DNA of 20,000 nt from Chiloscyllium plagiosum (Eukaryota): positions 78,802,927-78,822,926 of the forward strand of contig NC_057718.1 in assembly GCF_004010195.1 (NCBI RefSeq), in the 5' to 3' direction. A program made the position numbers and the translations under genes. Shown piece by piece: positions 1-10,289 of this stretch. Numbering within the stretch: position 1 is the stretch's first letter; each line of letters opens with the position of its first letter. The notes beneath the pieces are model-generated. The model did no database searches. It was not told the origin of the DNA and was given only the letters and a program-made list of their open reading frames with translations.

Positions 1-76
1 GGTAACAATGGGGTTATGTTTAAGCTATTGATAAAGTTGGGATGGTCAGGTCGAAGAAAAGTGAGGATCAAGGATA

Positions 77-306
77 TAGGTGGTTCTGCTATAACACGTG
101 TTTCATCAGTGCAAATTGGCTATAATTCGACTGACGAGTTGTAGACATTGCTTGGAATATTGTGAAGTTTTTATTGAACAGGCATAGTGATTTCCTATCA
201 GTGATCTTCTACAGCACGATTTTCGATAGCAGTTTTCCATAGCGAGATTTTCTATGAATTGAGATTGCACAGGAACACAACTGCCACATTATAGCAGAAT
301 GACCTG
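77..306. mobile_element. MITE, non-autonomous Tc1/mariner-pogo (Tigger-like) DNA transposon
   Basis: TIRs TAGGTGGTTCTGCTATAA (77-94) versus reverse complement CAGGTCATTCTGCTATAA (289-306), 15/18 identical. TA on both flanks (75-76, 307-308). Internal degenerate TTCTATAGC-like subrepeats. Confidence 0.75.
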
Positions 307-611
307 TAGTTAGGGGAGATTAAATACTGAGAACATAATGGCAAAGAGCATGTTAATGTAATACAAAAGAAATAAAAACACATGCCTACCTTAGGTGTTA
401 ATAGCACAATAAAGGTCAGCCCTTTGTGCAAACAAAAACATGAAAACTAGAAACAGACTAAGGCTTGGAGAAAAGAGTCTCAAAATGGTAAATAGATTTC
501 TGGTAATAATTACACAGAGAAATGAGCAAAGCAGAAAACAGTTTAGTGAAGGGTTAATATGAGGTCCAATAATATGAAGCTGATCGGTCTATGGAACCAT
601 GAAGATTTCAC

Positions 612-733
612 CTGGAGGTAGATGGCCACACTTTTGTACTTGGCAATATTCCCATCTTGTATTTGGATTGGTGGTGTAACACCAGGGTTCCTTTTCATTT
701 TCTGGGTTCCTGCAGTAATTACCTTCTAGTCCT
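612..733 (-). CDS. PLG: Plasminogen internal exon, C-terminal half of kringle 3 (equivalent to human exon 9)
   Basis: ttttttaag|A GGA CTA...CCT CCA G|gtgaaa; 122 nt, phase 2 in and phase 1 out. Translation (K)[40 protein letters not shown]. The C-x4-C end is as in plasminogen K3, whereas HGF/MST1 K3 have C-x5-C. The donor position is less certain than the others. Confidence 0.9.
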
Positions 734-992
734 CTTAAAAAAAAACACAGCAATTTTGTTAATCATCAGAAAGAAATATTATACTGTTTTCAGTATGCAA
801 CTGGTTTCATCTCATGATTAGCATATACAAAGGAATGGAGAGTCTAAGTCTTTTTGAAATTGCCATGGCCCCATAACTTGGAAAAAATCAACAATCTTAC
901 TGCATGGCCCATGCAAGTAGTTTGAGTCTATCCCTGTCAAATGGGATAATGGTGAAAAGTACATTAAACAAGGGCTACTAACATTTACTTAC

Positions 993-1155
993 TTGCAGGG
1001 GTAGTTCTCTGGCGTTCTTGAATGCATGTGTGGAAACTGAGCATCCCATCTTTGACAAATTTTACCAGACATAGTGGTCGATATGGCTCCACGATACTTT
1101 TGACCTGTGCCTGTGTAGCACTCTGTCTCCACTTCAATATCAGGAGGCTCTGCAC
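993..1155 (-). CDS. PLG: Plasminogen internal exon, K2-K3 linker and N-terminal half of kringle 3 (equivalent to human exon 8)
   Basis: ttgaag|GT GCA GAG...CCC TGC AA|gtaagt; 163 nt, phase 1 in and phase 2 out. Translation (S)AEPPDIEVETECYTGTGQKYRGAISTTMSGKICQRWDAQFPHMHSRTPENYPC(K). The ending RTPENYPCK matches plasminogen K3 (human RTPENFPCK). Not present in the ORF track. Confidence 0.93.
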
Positions 1156-1603
1156 CTTCAACAGATACAGGACAATTATAGTATTTATCCTAAAGGGTTT
1201 CTGCAGTTGTGTTAGTGTTTGTGCAACATGGTGGTACCATGGATTAACTTGTTTCCAGTTTTCTGAAGTAAAGCACAGTGGGAACAGAACAGAACTGAGT
1301 CATACTGGGCTACAACCTTTAAAACTTTGTTCAAGCATTCATTTAAACATGCACTGATCTTATATTTTTTACTGGAGCACCAAAACTTAATTTAGATTAT
1401 TATAAATGAAAAGTGTTGGATTTAAGGATAGTGCAATGTTACAGAACATTGCAGAATACTGCAGTGCTGTCATGGGTATGGCTGTTATCATCCCACTCTC
1501 AGATATAGCATCAGGAAAGTTCTGGTGCTGTTCTACATCATCTACTGTTGATAATCATTATCTAAGGAAGAGATGTATATGGACAGTTAACTGAATTGAT
1601 GAA

Positions 1604-1946
1604 GGGTGGCACGGTAGTTCAGTGGTTAATACTACAGCCTCAGAGTGCTTGGGACCTGGGTTCAATTCCAGCCTTGGGTGACTTTCTATGTGGAGTTTGC
1701 ATGTTATCCCTGTATCTGTGTGGGTTCCTTGTGGGTGTTCCAGTTTCCTCCCACAGTCCAAAGATGTGCAAGTTAGGTGGATTGGCCTTGCTAAATTGTT
1801 CTGTAGTGTGCAGATTAGGTGGGTTAGCCATGGTAAATCCAGGCTCATGGAGATGCATTGGGGGAAGCCAGGCCAGAATGAAATTCTTTGCAGACTCGCT
1901 GGACTGAATGGCCCCTCTTTCCATACTGTTGGAATTCTATGATTCA
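1604..1946 (+). mobile_element. V-SINE (HE1-like tRNA-derived SINE), near full length
   Basis: tRNA-like head GGTGGCACGGTAGTTCAGTGG with B box GGTTCAATTCC; V-domain GTGGAGTTTGCATG...TTTCCTCCCACAGTCCAAAGATGTGC; CR1-like ATTCTATG tail. Confidence 0.88.
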
Positions 1947-2159
1947 TATACCCTTGGCCACACCCATTTGCATCCTATCAAGACTTATATAATAGCCAGA
2001 GATCCTCCATAAAGTTTTAAGATCCCTCAGCTGCCATAATATCATTGGTTAGAACAGGGTCTTAAGTGAAAGGGATCAGAGACAGCAGAGCACAAAAAAC
2101 AGTCTTCCGGACAAGTCTGCAAAAGATCTACCCAAATGGTCTCACTAGCTTACTCTTTA

Positions 2160-2700
2160 CTTGTTACGGCTGTACAGGACATTGTTGAGGCCACTCGTGA
2201 AATATTACGTACAATTCTACAGGAAGGATGTTGTTAAATTTGAAAGGGTGCAGTAAAATTTACAAGGATGTTGCCAGGACTGAAGGGTTTCAACTATAGG
2301 GAGAGGCTGAATAGGCTGGGGCTTTTCTCCTTGGTGTGTCGGAGGCTGAAGGGTGACCTTATAGAGGTTTATAAAATCATGAGGGGCATTGAAGGATGAA
2401 TAGCCAAGGTCTTTTCCTGAGCATGGGGAGTCCAAAACTAGAGGGCGTAAGTTTAAGGTGAGAGAAGAAAGATTTAAAAACGATCTGAATAGTAACTTTC
2501 TCATGCAGTGGATGGTATGTGTGTGAAATGAGCTGCCATCGGAACTGATGGAGGCTGGTATAGTGAAAACATTTAAAAGTCATCTTGATGGGTATATGAA
2601 TAGCAAAAGTTTAGAGGGATATAGATCCAATGCTGGCAAATGGGCCCAGATAGGCAGATCTGGTCATTGTGGACGAGTTAGACTTAAGGGTCCCTGTTAT
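2160..2700 (+). mobile_element. CR1-clade LINE 3' fragment (end of ORF2 plus 3' UTR), degenerate
   Basis: Remnant coding for RRLKGDLIEVYKIMRG; homologous to the copies at 2830-3570, 10290-10925 and 14175-15715. Confidence 0.85.
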
Positions 2701-2706
2701 ATATGT

Positions 2707-2802
2707 TTGACAAAGGGTCAGTTTGACTTGAAATGTCAGCTCTTTTCTCTCCTTACAGATGCTGCCAGACCTGCTGAGATTTTCCAGCATTTTCTCTTTT
2801 GG
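2707..2802 (+). mobile_element. Penelope-like element terminal-repeat fragment with degenerate hammerhead motif
   Basis: TTGACAA-AGGGTCA-GTT-TGACTT-GAAATGTC followed by CAGATGCTGCCAGACCTGCTGAGATTTTCCAGCA, similar to the other PLE tails in the window. Confidence 0.6.
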
Positions 2803-2829
2803 CTGTTATATAACTCTCTGACTCAATAG

Positions 2830-3570
2830 AGTTATAGAGTCAGAGAGATATGCAACACAGAAACAGATCATTTGGTCCAACTTGTTCAAGCCAAGCAGAA
2901 ATCCTAAGTTAATCAAGTCCCATTTGCCAACATTTAGCCCATGTCCTTCTAAACCCTTCCCATTCATGTACCTATCCAGATGCCGTTTAAATGCTATAAT
3001 TGTACCAGCCTCCACCATTTCCTCTCGCAGCTCATTTCTTACACGCACCACCCTCTGTGTGAAAACGTTGCCCCTTAATGTCCCTTTTAAATCTTTCCTC
3101 TCTCACCCTAAATCTGTGCCCTCTAGTTTTAGACTCCACCACCCCAGGGAAAAGACCTTGTCTATTTAACCTACTTATGCCCTTCATGATTTTATAAACC
3201 TCTATAAGGTCACTCCTCAGCCTCTGACTCTCCAGGAAAAATGGTCCTGGACTATTTAGCCTCTCCCTATAGCTCAAATCCTGTCAATATCCTTGTAAGA
3301 TTTTTTCTGAATCCTTTCAAGTTTCACAAAATTCTTCCTGTCACAAGGAGACCAGAATTGCGTGTAATATTCCAATAGTGGCCTAACCAATGTACAGCTG
3401 TAAAATGACCTCTCAACTCCTATACTCAATGCAGAGACCAATAAAGTCAAGTATACCAAATACCTTTTTCCCTATCCTATCCACCTGTGACTCCACTTTC
3501 AAGGAACTATGAACCTGCGCACCAAGATCGCTTTGTTCAGCAACACTCCCCAGGACCTTACCATTAAGAT
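2830..3570 (-). mobile_element. CR1-clade LINE 3' fragment
   Basis: ORF-track peptides RLRSDLIEVYKIMKG, LVRPLLEYYTQFWSP and LGAQVHSSLKVESQVDR are CR1 ORF2 C-terminus; TCTATGAC-type tail. Confidence 0.9.
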
Positions 3571-4029
3571 AAGCCCTGTAAGTATCCCTGTAAATACTTT
3601 CCTTCAAATGTTTATCCAATGACGTTTCAATATTCATTAAATATGTTTCTGCCACTTTGTTAGGCAAATCACAACAATTTAACCACGTGTCTTCCATGGA
3701 AACAATTTCTCCTTATTTACTGCTTCAAAATCTTGCATTATTCTGAAATTTTCAAAATTCCCAGCATCTCTTTTCTCTCTGCATAACTGGTGCTCTTCGT
3801 CCCTGCTACTAGTTTAATGAATCTCAGCCCTAGACAACTGATGCTAAAGTGTGGTCCAGGATTGGTCATAATACACCAGCTGATGCTTAATCGGTGAACT
3901 GGTAAACTTCTGCACTTTAATTTTTGCCTCTGTTTCTAAAAAGAACGTTGCATTAAGTTTTGCATTTTATTATTGGTAATTTCATACAGTAGTATAACTA
4001 ATAGAAGAATGCCGCAGCACTTCAATTCT

Positions 4030-4560
4030 ATCATATGCACACTGTGTGTTATGTGGAATGCCGGTCCACCTCATGTACAGACATTGTCATCAAATGGAGA
4101 AGTGTGAGCTCCCAGTTTCAGAGCTGGAACTACAACTGGCCTCACTAGAATGTGACCACAAAGCTGAGAGCTTGGTAGATTGCAGGTTTCTGGAGGTGGT
4201 CACCCTGTGGATTAGGAGTGTAGAAGCAGAGAAGGTATAGGTGACCAAGTCAACAAGGAAGAGCAGGCCAATAGCATACGTTCCCCCTCAGTGCTTCTCT
4301 TTATCTAATTGGTGTTCAGTTCTGACTACTGGTGTGAATGATAGCTCCTTAAGGTGATACAACCAGAAATAAGTCCACAATAACGTAGGTGGATTGCCTA
4401 CGTGGTTGAAGATCAGGAATCAAACAATAATAGAGGATTCTGTAGCAAGGTGAGTCAATGCCAGGGGAAGGATGGTCATTCTGTGGCTGCAGACATAATT
4501 CTTAGATGGTTTGTTGCCACCCTTGCATAAAGTCCAGGATGTCACTGAGTGGCTGAGGAA
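4030..4560 (+). mobile_element. Degenerate CR1 ORF1 remnant (coiled coil plus SGNH-esterase-like)
   Basis: ELPVSELELQLASLE coiled-coil-like stretch. DNA remnants resembling IGDSIVR (ATAGAGGATTCTGTAGCAAGG) and CxPGARVQDVTE (GTCCAGGATGTCACTGAG). Recognised from memory of CR1 ORF1. Confidence 0.5.
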
Positions 4561-4577
4561 GATAATGGTGTAGTAGT

Positions 4578-5027
4578 CTGATGAAGGGCTTTTGCCCAAA
4601 ACGTCGATTTTCTGGCTCTTCAGATGCTGCCTGACCTGCTGTGCTTTTCCAGCACCACTCTAATCTAGACTCTGATTTCCAGCATCTGCAGTCCTCACTT
4701 TTGCCTCGTTGACTTTAACCTTACTGCGAATCATCTTGCAAGGATGCCTACCTTGAAGAAGTTCTCCTCCTCTCTTTACAAGAATCTCTCTCTCACTGCA
4801 ACCCCCAGGTCATCTCCTCTGCCCTGAAGCTACCTTCTCCCCAGCCCCACCCCTCTCCCGTTTATCTCTCCACCCCAGAGGCTCCCTGCCTTCATTCTGA
4901 TGAAGGGCTTTTGTCCGAAATGTCGATTTTCCTGCTCCTCAGATGCTGCTTGATCTGCTGAGCTTTTCCAGCACCACTCTTATCTAGACTCTGATTTCCA
5001 GCATCTGCAGTCCTCACTTTTGCCTTT
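4578..5027 (+). mobile_element. Non-autonomous mini-PLE with two direct 129-bp terminal repeats, each starting with a hammerhead motif
   Basis: Direct repeats 4578-4706 and 4897-5025 (period 319). Flanking near-duplication GTGTAGTAGT (4568-4577) / GTGTAGTGGT (5028-5037). Confidence 0.85.
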
Positions 5028-5272
5028 GTGTAGTGGTCATGGACTAGTAAACTAGAAGCCAGGACTAATGCTTTGTGGATATTGGTGCAAATTCTACCTT
5101 TGCACTACATAAACTCAATTTGTAAAATTTGGACTCAGTAATGTTGACCATGATATTAGCACAAATTTCTCATAAAACTCTATTTAGTTCTTGAAGATCC
5201 TTCAGCAAAGAAAATCTTTACCTAGGTCTGGCCAAAATGTGACTCTAGACCAAGAGCAATATAGTTGACTGT
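5028..5272 (+). mobile_element. Old tRNA-derived SINE, body; head starts near 4566 and tail continues at about 6375-6460
   Basis: GTGTAGTGG head, degenerate B box near 5083-5097, body CCTAGGTCTGGCC...TGTGACTCTAGACC...GTTGACT. An L2-like tail resumes after the Rex1 insertion. Confidence 0.5.
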
Positions 5273-5284
5273 TTTGTTTTGATT

Positions 5285-6335
5285 TGATTTGCGTTATTAT
5301 TGTTGCATGTATCGACATACAGTGGAAAGTATTGTATTGCGTGTTCAACAGACAAATCTTATCGTACATAAATATATTAGAGTAATAGAACAGAATACAG
5401 CATATAGTGTTACAGTTACAGAGAAGATGCAGAGAAATACTAACTCTAATGTATGTATCATAAGTCTGATTACGGAGGGGCAGAAGCTGTTCTAAAATCT
5501 ATTGGTACGTGTTTTCAAACTTTGTATCTTCTGCCTGATGGAAGAGGGTGGAAGAGAGTATAATCAGGGTGGGAGGGGTCTTTGATGATGTTAGCTGCTT
5601 TCGTGAGGCAATGGGATGTTTAGACAGTGTCAATGGAAGGAAGGCTGGTTGTTGTGATGGACTGGGCTGCATTCACAACTTACCATAATTTCTGGCTGCC
5701 TTGGGCAAAGCAGTTGCTGTACCAAGTGGTGATGCATCAGTATAGAATGCTTTCTATGGCGCATCTATAAAAATTGGTAAAAGTAATTGCAGACATGCCA
5801 ACTTTCCTTAGCATTCTGAGGAAGTAAAGGCATTGATATGATTTCTTGACTGTAACGTGGATGGACCAGGATAGATTGTTGGTGATATTTACTCCTAGCA
5901 ACTTGAAGCTTTCGATCACCACCACCTCAGCACCATTGATACAGACAAAGGTATGTCCTCCACTCTGCTTCGTAAAGTCGATGACCAGCTCTTTTGTATT
6001 TTTACTAACATTGAGAGAGAGTGATTGTTGTCTTAACCATGCTACTGAGCTGTCTATTTCTTTTTTGTACTCTATCTTGTCACTGTTTGAGATCTGACCC
6101 GTTACAATGGAGTCATCAGCAAATTTGCAAATGGAGTTAGAGCTGAATTTGGCCACATAGACATGAGTGTACAAGTACCAGTGCTGAGGATTATTGTGAA
6201 GGAAGTTGTCATCTATCCTTACTGACTGCAGTCTGCAGGTCAGGAAATCGAGGATTCATTTACAGAGGGGAAACTAGAGTCCTAGGTCTCGGAGTCTGGA
6301 GATACGTTTTGTTGGAGTTATGGTGTTGAAAGCAG
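5285..6335 (-). mobile_element. Rex1/Babar-type non-LTR retrotransposon 3' fragment
   Basis: ORF 5737-6174 KFADDSIVTGQISNSD...SLNVSKNTKELVIDF...LYFLRMLRKVGM...TNFYRCAIESIL is an RT C-terminus of Rex1/Babar type. Confidence 0.8.
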
Positions 6336-7597
6336 ATTTAGTTTCTTATTTAGTTAGTTAGTCTCTTATTTAGTTTCTGAAGTGGTCTAGTAATTCACTC
6401 AGATAAATGGTAGTTAGAGCTAGGCAAATAACACCCACATTACATCAAAGAATGCAAAAAGATGCATCACATTCTGGTGGGAGATTCTGAAAGCCAGAGA
6501 TCATGGTCTATCTCAATATTAATGACCCAGATAGAAAGAAAGAAAATAGAGTCACTCAAAGATAGTTTTGCAGTGCAAAATTGTAAATTCATACAGTAGA
6601 GTATATAGTTTAGTGAATTGTAGATAATCATGTGATAATGGAGAGATGACTAATAATACAGGGAAAGATTGGATTATAAATACTCCTGGATACAAAATGT
6701 TCAGGTAAAAAAGGGGTTGTAGTGTGAAAAAAAGTCAGGAACACTGAATGAAGAGAACTTCTCAGTGTTGGGGAATGAAGAGGAACAATACTGTTGAGCA
6801 TGTTGCACAATTGGTAAAATAGCCAGTTGGCAGCTCACTGAGTTTAAACGTTTATCAGTTGGAGTGGCCCTTATTAAGTTGGCAGTGGAACCTTGCAACA
6901 ATTAAGAACTGGAATTCTGGTCCTCAGGAGCTGCCTGTCAATCTGACTGACTGACCATTGAGTAGTTCCAATGGCACCAAAACACAATGGTGGCCACTGT
7001 TGGAACTACAAGGAGTTCTGAGAAGGCAGAATTTAGACGCGGGCAGGGGGGGCTGGTCAAAGACGAATCAGATGCACTAGTAATAAGAGTGATAAAGGAC
7101 AAAAGGACAAAGGGGGTGGAGGGGATGAGTTACCATCTTGGGCAGTTGCCCTCAGTGATACTGGGACACACCAAAGGAGGTACCCTCTTCAATCTCAGCT
7201 TTTGTCTTATATGTGAAGCCTGTTAGGCTGACTTCTATCATTTTATCATACCCTGCTGCACACAATATTGTTGTGGTGGCAGATGAGTCCCTTAACTGGC
7301 CATTGATTGGCCAATGAAAGGCCTCAATAAGCTAAAGGGTAAATGGGCTATCTAATGCCTTATCCGCATAGCTTATTTTGATGAATAGCTCAACGGCTGG
7401 CAGGAAAGAATTGAATTGGACATAGAACATCGAACATTACAGTGCAGCACCTGCCCTTTGACTCTTGATGTTGCGCCACCCTGTGGAACCAATTTGAAGC
7501 ACATCTAACCTACACCATTCCATTCTCATCCATATTCTGGATTAGTGGTGCTGGAAGAGCACAGCAATTCAGGCAGCATCCGAGGACAGGCAAAATC

Positions 7598-7625
7598 GAC
7601 GTTTCGGGCAAAAGCCCCTCATCAG
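7598..7625 (-). ncRNA. Minimal type I hammerhead ribozyme motif (PLE-type), intact core
   Basis: Minus strand CUGAUGA-G-GGGC-UUUU-GCCC-GAAAC-GUC, with palindromic ACGU stem III. Confidence 0.8.
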
Positions 7626-8058
7626 GAATAAAGGCAGAGAGCCTGAAGCATGGAGAGATAAGCTAGAGGAGGGTGGGGGTGGGGAGAGAGTAGCATAGAG
7701 TACAATAGGTAGGTGGGGAAGGAGATGAAGGTGATAGGTGAGGTTTCACGGGATGTTCCCTGAAGTGAGAGGTCTCAGCAAAAAGTTAACTTTTGTTTGG
7801 GGTCTGTGGAGCAGAAGAGGCTAAGGGGGCAATTGATGCAGACATAATGGTGAGTGATATAGACTGGGCCGATTGTGATAAATACTTCCGCGATGTAGGC
7901 ATGTCTTAGACCAATTGAATTAAGGTTAAAGTGAAAAATGAAGCATTTCGCGAGGATCTGATGGAAAAGCAAATTACCCAGGGGATGGGTCAAATATGGA
8001 ACATGTTGCCTGAGAGGGTAGCTTATCTCTCCATGCTTCAGGCTCTCTGCCTTTATTC

Positions 8059-8086
8059 CTGATGAAGGGCTTTTGCCCGAAACGTC
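8059..8086 (+). ncRNA. Minimal type I hammerhead ribozyme motif (PLE-type), intact core
   Basis: CUGAUGA-A-GGGC-UUUU-GCCC-GAAAC-GUC. Confidence 0.8.
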
Positions 8087-9934
8087 GATTTTGCCTGTCC
8101 TCGGATGCTGCCTGAATTGCTGTGCTCTTCCAGCACCACTAATCCAGAATCTGGTTTCCAGCATCTGCAGTCATTGTTTTTACCTCATTCTCATCCATAT
8201 GCCTATCCAATGATCATTTAAATGCTCTTAAAGTTGGCGAGTCTACAACTGTTGCAGGCAGCGCATTCCATATTTCTACTATTCTCTGAGTAAAGGAACT
8301 ACCTCTGACATCTGTCCTATGTCTGTCACCGCTCTGTTTAAAGCTATGTCCCCTCAAAGACAGCACCATCAGAGGAAAAAGGTTCTTATTGTCCACCCAA
8401 TCCAACCCTCTGATTATCTGATATGTCTCAATTAAGTCACCTCTCAATCTTCTTCTCTCTAATGAAAACAGCCTCAAGTCTCTCAACCTTCCCTCATAAG
8501 ATCTTCCCTTTACATCCTAGTAAATCTCCTCTCAATCCTCTACAAAGCTTCCATATCCTTCCTATAATGCAGTGACCAGAACTGCACGCAATACTCCAAG
8601 TGTGGCTGCACCAGAATTTTATACAGGTGCAGTATGACCTCATGGATCCAAAACTCAATCCCTCTGCTAATAAAAGCTAACACACCATATGCCTTCTTAA
8701 CAGCCCTATCAACCTGGGTGGCAACTTTGAGGGATCTATGTACATGGACACCAAGATCTCTCTGTACATCTACATTATAAAGAATCGTACAAGTACTCTG
8801 CATTCCTGTTACTCCTTCCAAAGTGAATCACCTCACACTTTTCTGCATTAAACTCCATTCGCCAACTCTCAGCCCAGCTCTGTAACATGCAACATCCTTC
8901 AGCACTATCCACAACCCCACCAACCTTGATGTCATTCACAAATTTACTAACCCATCCTTCCACGCCCTCATCAAGGTCGTTTATAAAAATGACAAACAGC
9001 AGTGGACCCAAAACAGGTCCTTTCGGTGTACCACTAGTAACTAAACACCAGGATGAACATTTCCCATCAACCACCACCCTCTGTCTTCTTTCAGCTAACC
9101 AATCTCTGATCCAAGCCACTAAATCACCCTCAATCCCATGCCTCCGTATTTTGTGCAACAACCTACCATGGGGAACCTTATCAAACACTTTACTGAAATC
9201 CATATACACCACGTCAACCGCTTTACCCTCATCCACCTGTTGGGTCACCTTCTCAAAGAACTGAATAAGGTTTGTGAGGTACGACCTATCCTTCACAAAA
9301 CTGTGTTGACAATCTCTAATCAACTTATTCCTATCAAGATGATTATAAATCCCATCTCTTGTTTATTTCACATTCTCCTCTCCACCTCCAAATATTCGGA
9401 TGGCATCTGTAAAAGGCACCCTTGTTTCTGTCAATGATGAATGAGGTACTGAAGGATTAGGCTCTGGGAAATGAAATGGATCAAGCAGAGTTAGGGGAAA
9501 AGGTAAGAACACTGATATTGTACTATAATGTTTAGGTCATCTGCAGGAAAGAACAAGGGGCCATGTTGACCAAAATCGGTTAACTGCAGGATGGCCAGTT
9601 TCAGCAGAGAGGAATAAGAATATTGCAGAGTTAAATTGGAATTACAAATTACTTAGTTGCACTTTTGCCTGTCAATGAACAACTTTTAAAGATAGTGTAG
9701 ATTATAAAGTGGTTGTAAAATTATTTTGTTAAGAGCGTGCTCAGGTTAAGAATCTGGTAAATGTGGGAATTCTCTGCAGAGTGGTAAAAGTAAATTTTAA
9801 ATGTTTTTTCCTAGAGCTAATGTATAGTTTTCATTTATCTATAAGCTAGGAAACTAGCCTGTTATTGCTTTACTTAAATTACTAAATTAATAACTTAAAC
9901 TAGATAAATTAATCAATTAATAAAACTAAAATAA

Positions 9935-10042
9935 AGGGTCTGGGTAGTGCTGTGGTAGTTTCCCTACTTCTGGACCCAGAGTCCGAGTTCAAGTCCCACA
10001 GGCTCCAGAGGTCTGTAATAACATTGCTGGTTTGAAAACATT
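9935..10042 (+). mobile_element. Short tRNA-derived SINE with 14-bp TSD
   Basis: TSD TAAAACTAAAATAA at 9921-9934 and 10043-10056. A-box-like TAGTGCTGTGG and B box GAGTTCAAGTCCC. Confidence 0.7.
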
Positions 10043-10289
10043 TAAAACTAAAATAATCAATTCAACTAAAATTAATTAACTAATTAAATAAATGAGTACA
10101 TTTTGATTGAAATGGTAAGGCAGATAGGGCGATGTAATCTGAAAGATTGTGGGAAGCATTGTGATACCTTACAACCATATCTGTGCTACGTCTGTAGCTA
10201 AGACCCGTGGTTCAGATGATTGGTGAGGGGTAGAGGGAAAATGAATAGGTTAGGGTTGCAGTAGGTAGTCATTTTGACGCTTTTAGAAG

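Larger units (their letters stand above)
7536..8185. mobile_element. Fold-back PLE terminal-repeat insertion with 15-bp TSD
   Basis: TSD CATTCTCATCCATAT at 7521-7535 and 8186-8200. Inverted arms 7534-7665 and 8019-8150 (132 bp, one mismatch seen). Confidence 0.9.
7420..9360 (-). mobile_element. CR1-clade LINE 3' portion (RT domain to tail), interrupted by the PLE insertion at 7536-8185
   Basis: ORFs 8775-9323 (VDVVYMDFSKVFDKVPH...GPVLGPLLFVIFINDLD), 8540-8821 (PHLEYCVQFWS) and 8214-8486 (RRRLRGDLIETY); (TTCTATG)-type tail at about 7420-7435. Confidence 0.92.

Noticed and set aside
390..446. Possible micro-exon ending at a good minus-strand donor AAG|gtaggc
   Set aside because: The available acceptors give either a frameshift (32 nt) or an in-frame stop (57 nt), and there is no kringle or linker similarity.
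1022..1357. 111-aa plus-strand ORF
   Set aside because: It is largely the antisense shadow of the PLG exon at 993-1155 and has no recognisable domain.
1558..1947. Cluster of overlapping ORFs, and similar ones at 19416-19751
   Set aside because: All lie within V-SINE sequence and are spurious translations.
6760..7400. Possible old DNA-transposon or MITE-like segment
   Set aside because: I could not identify TIRs or a TSD, so there is not enough support to call it.
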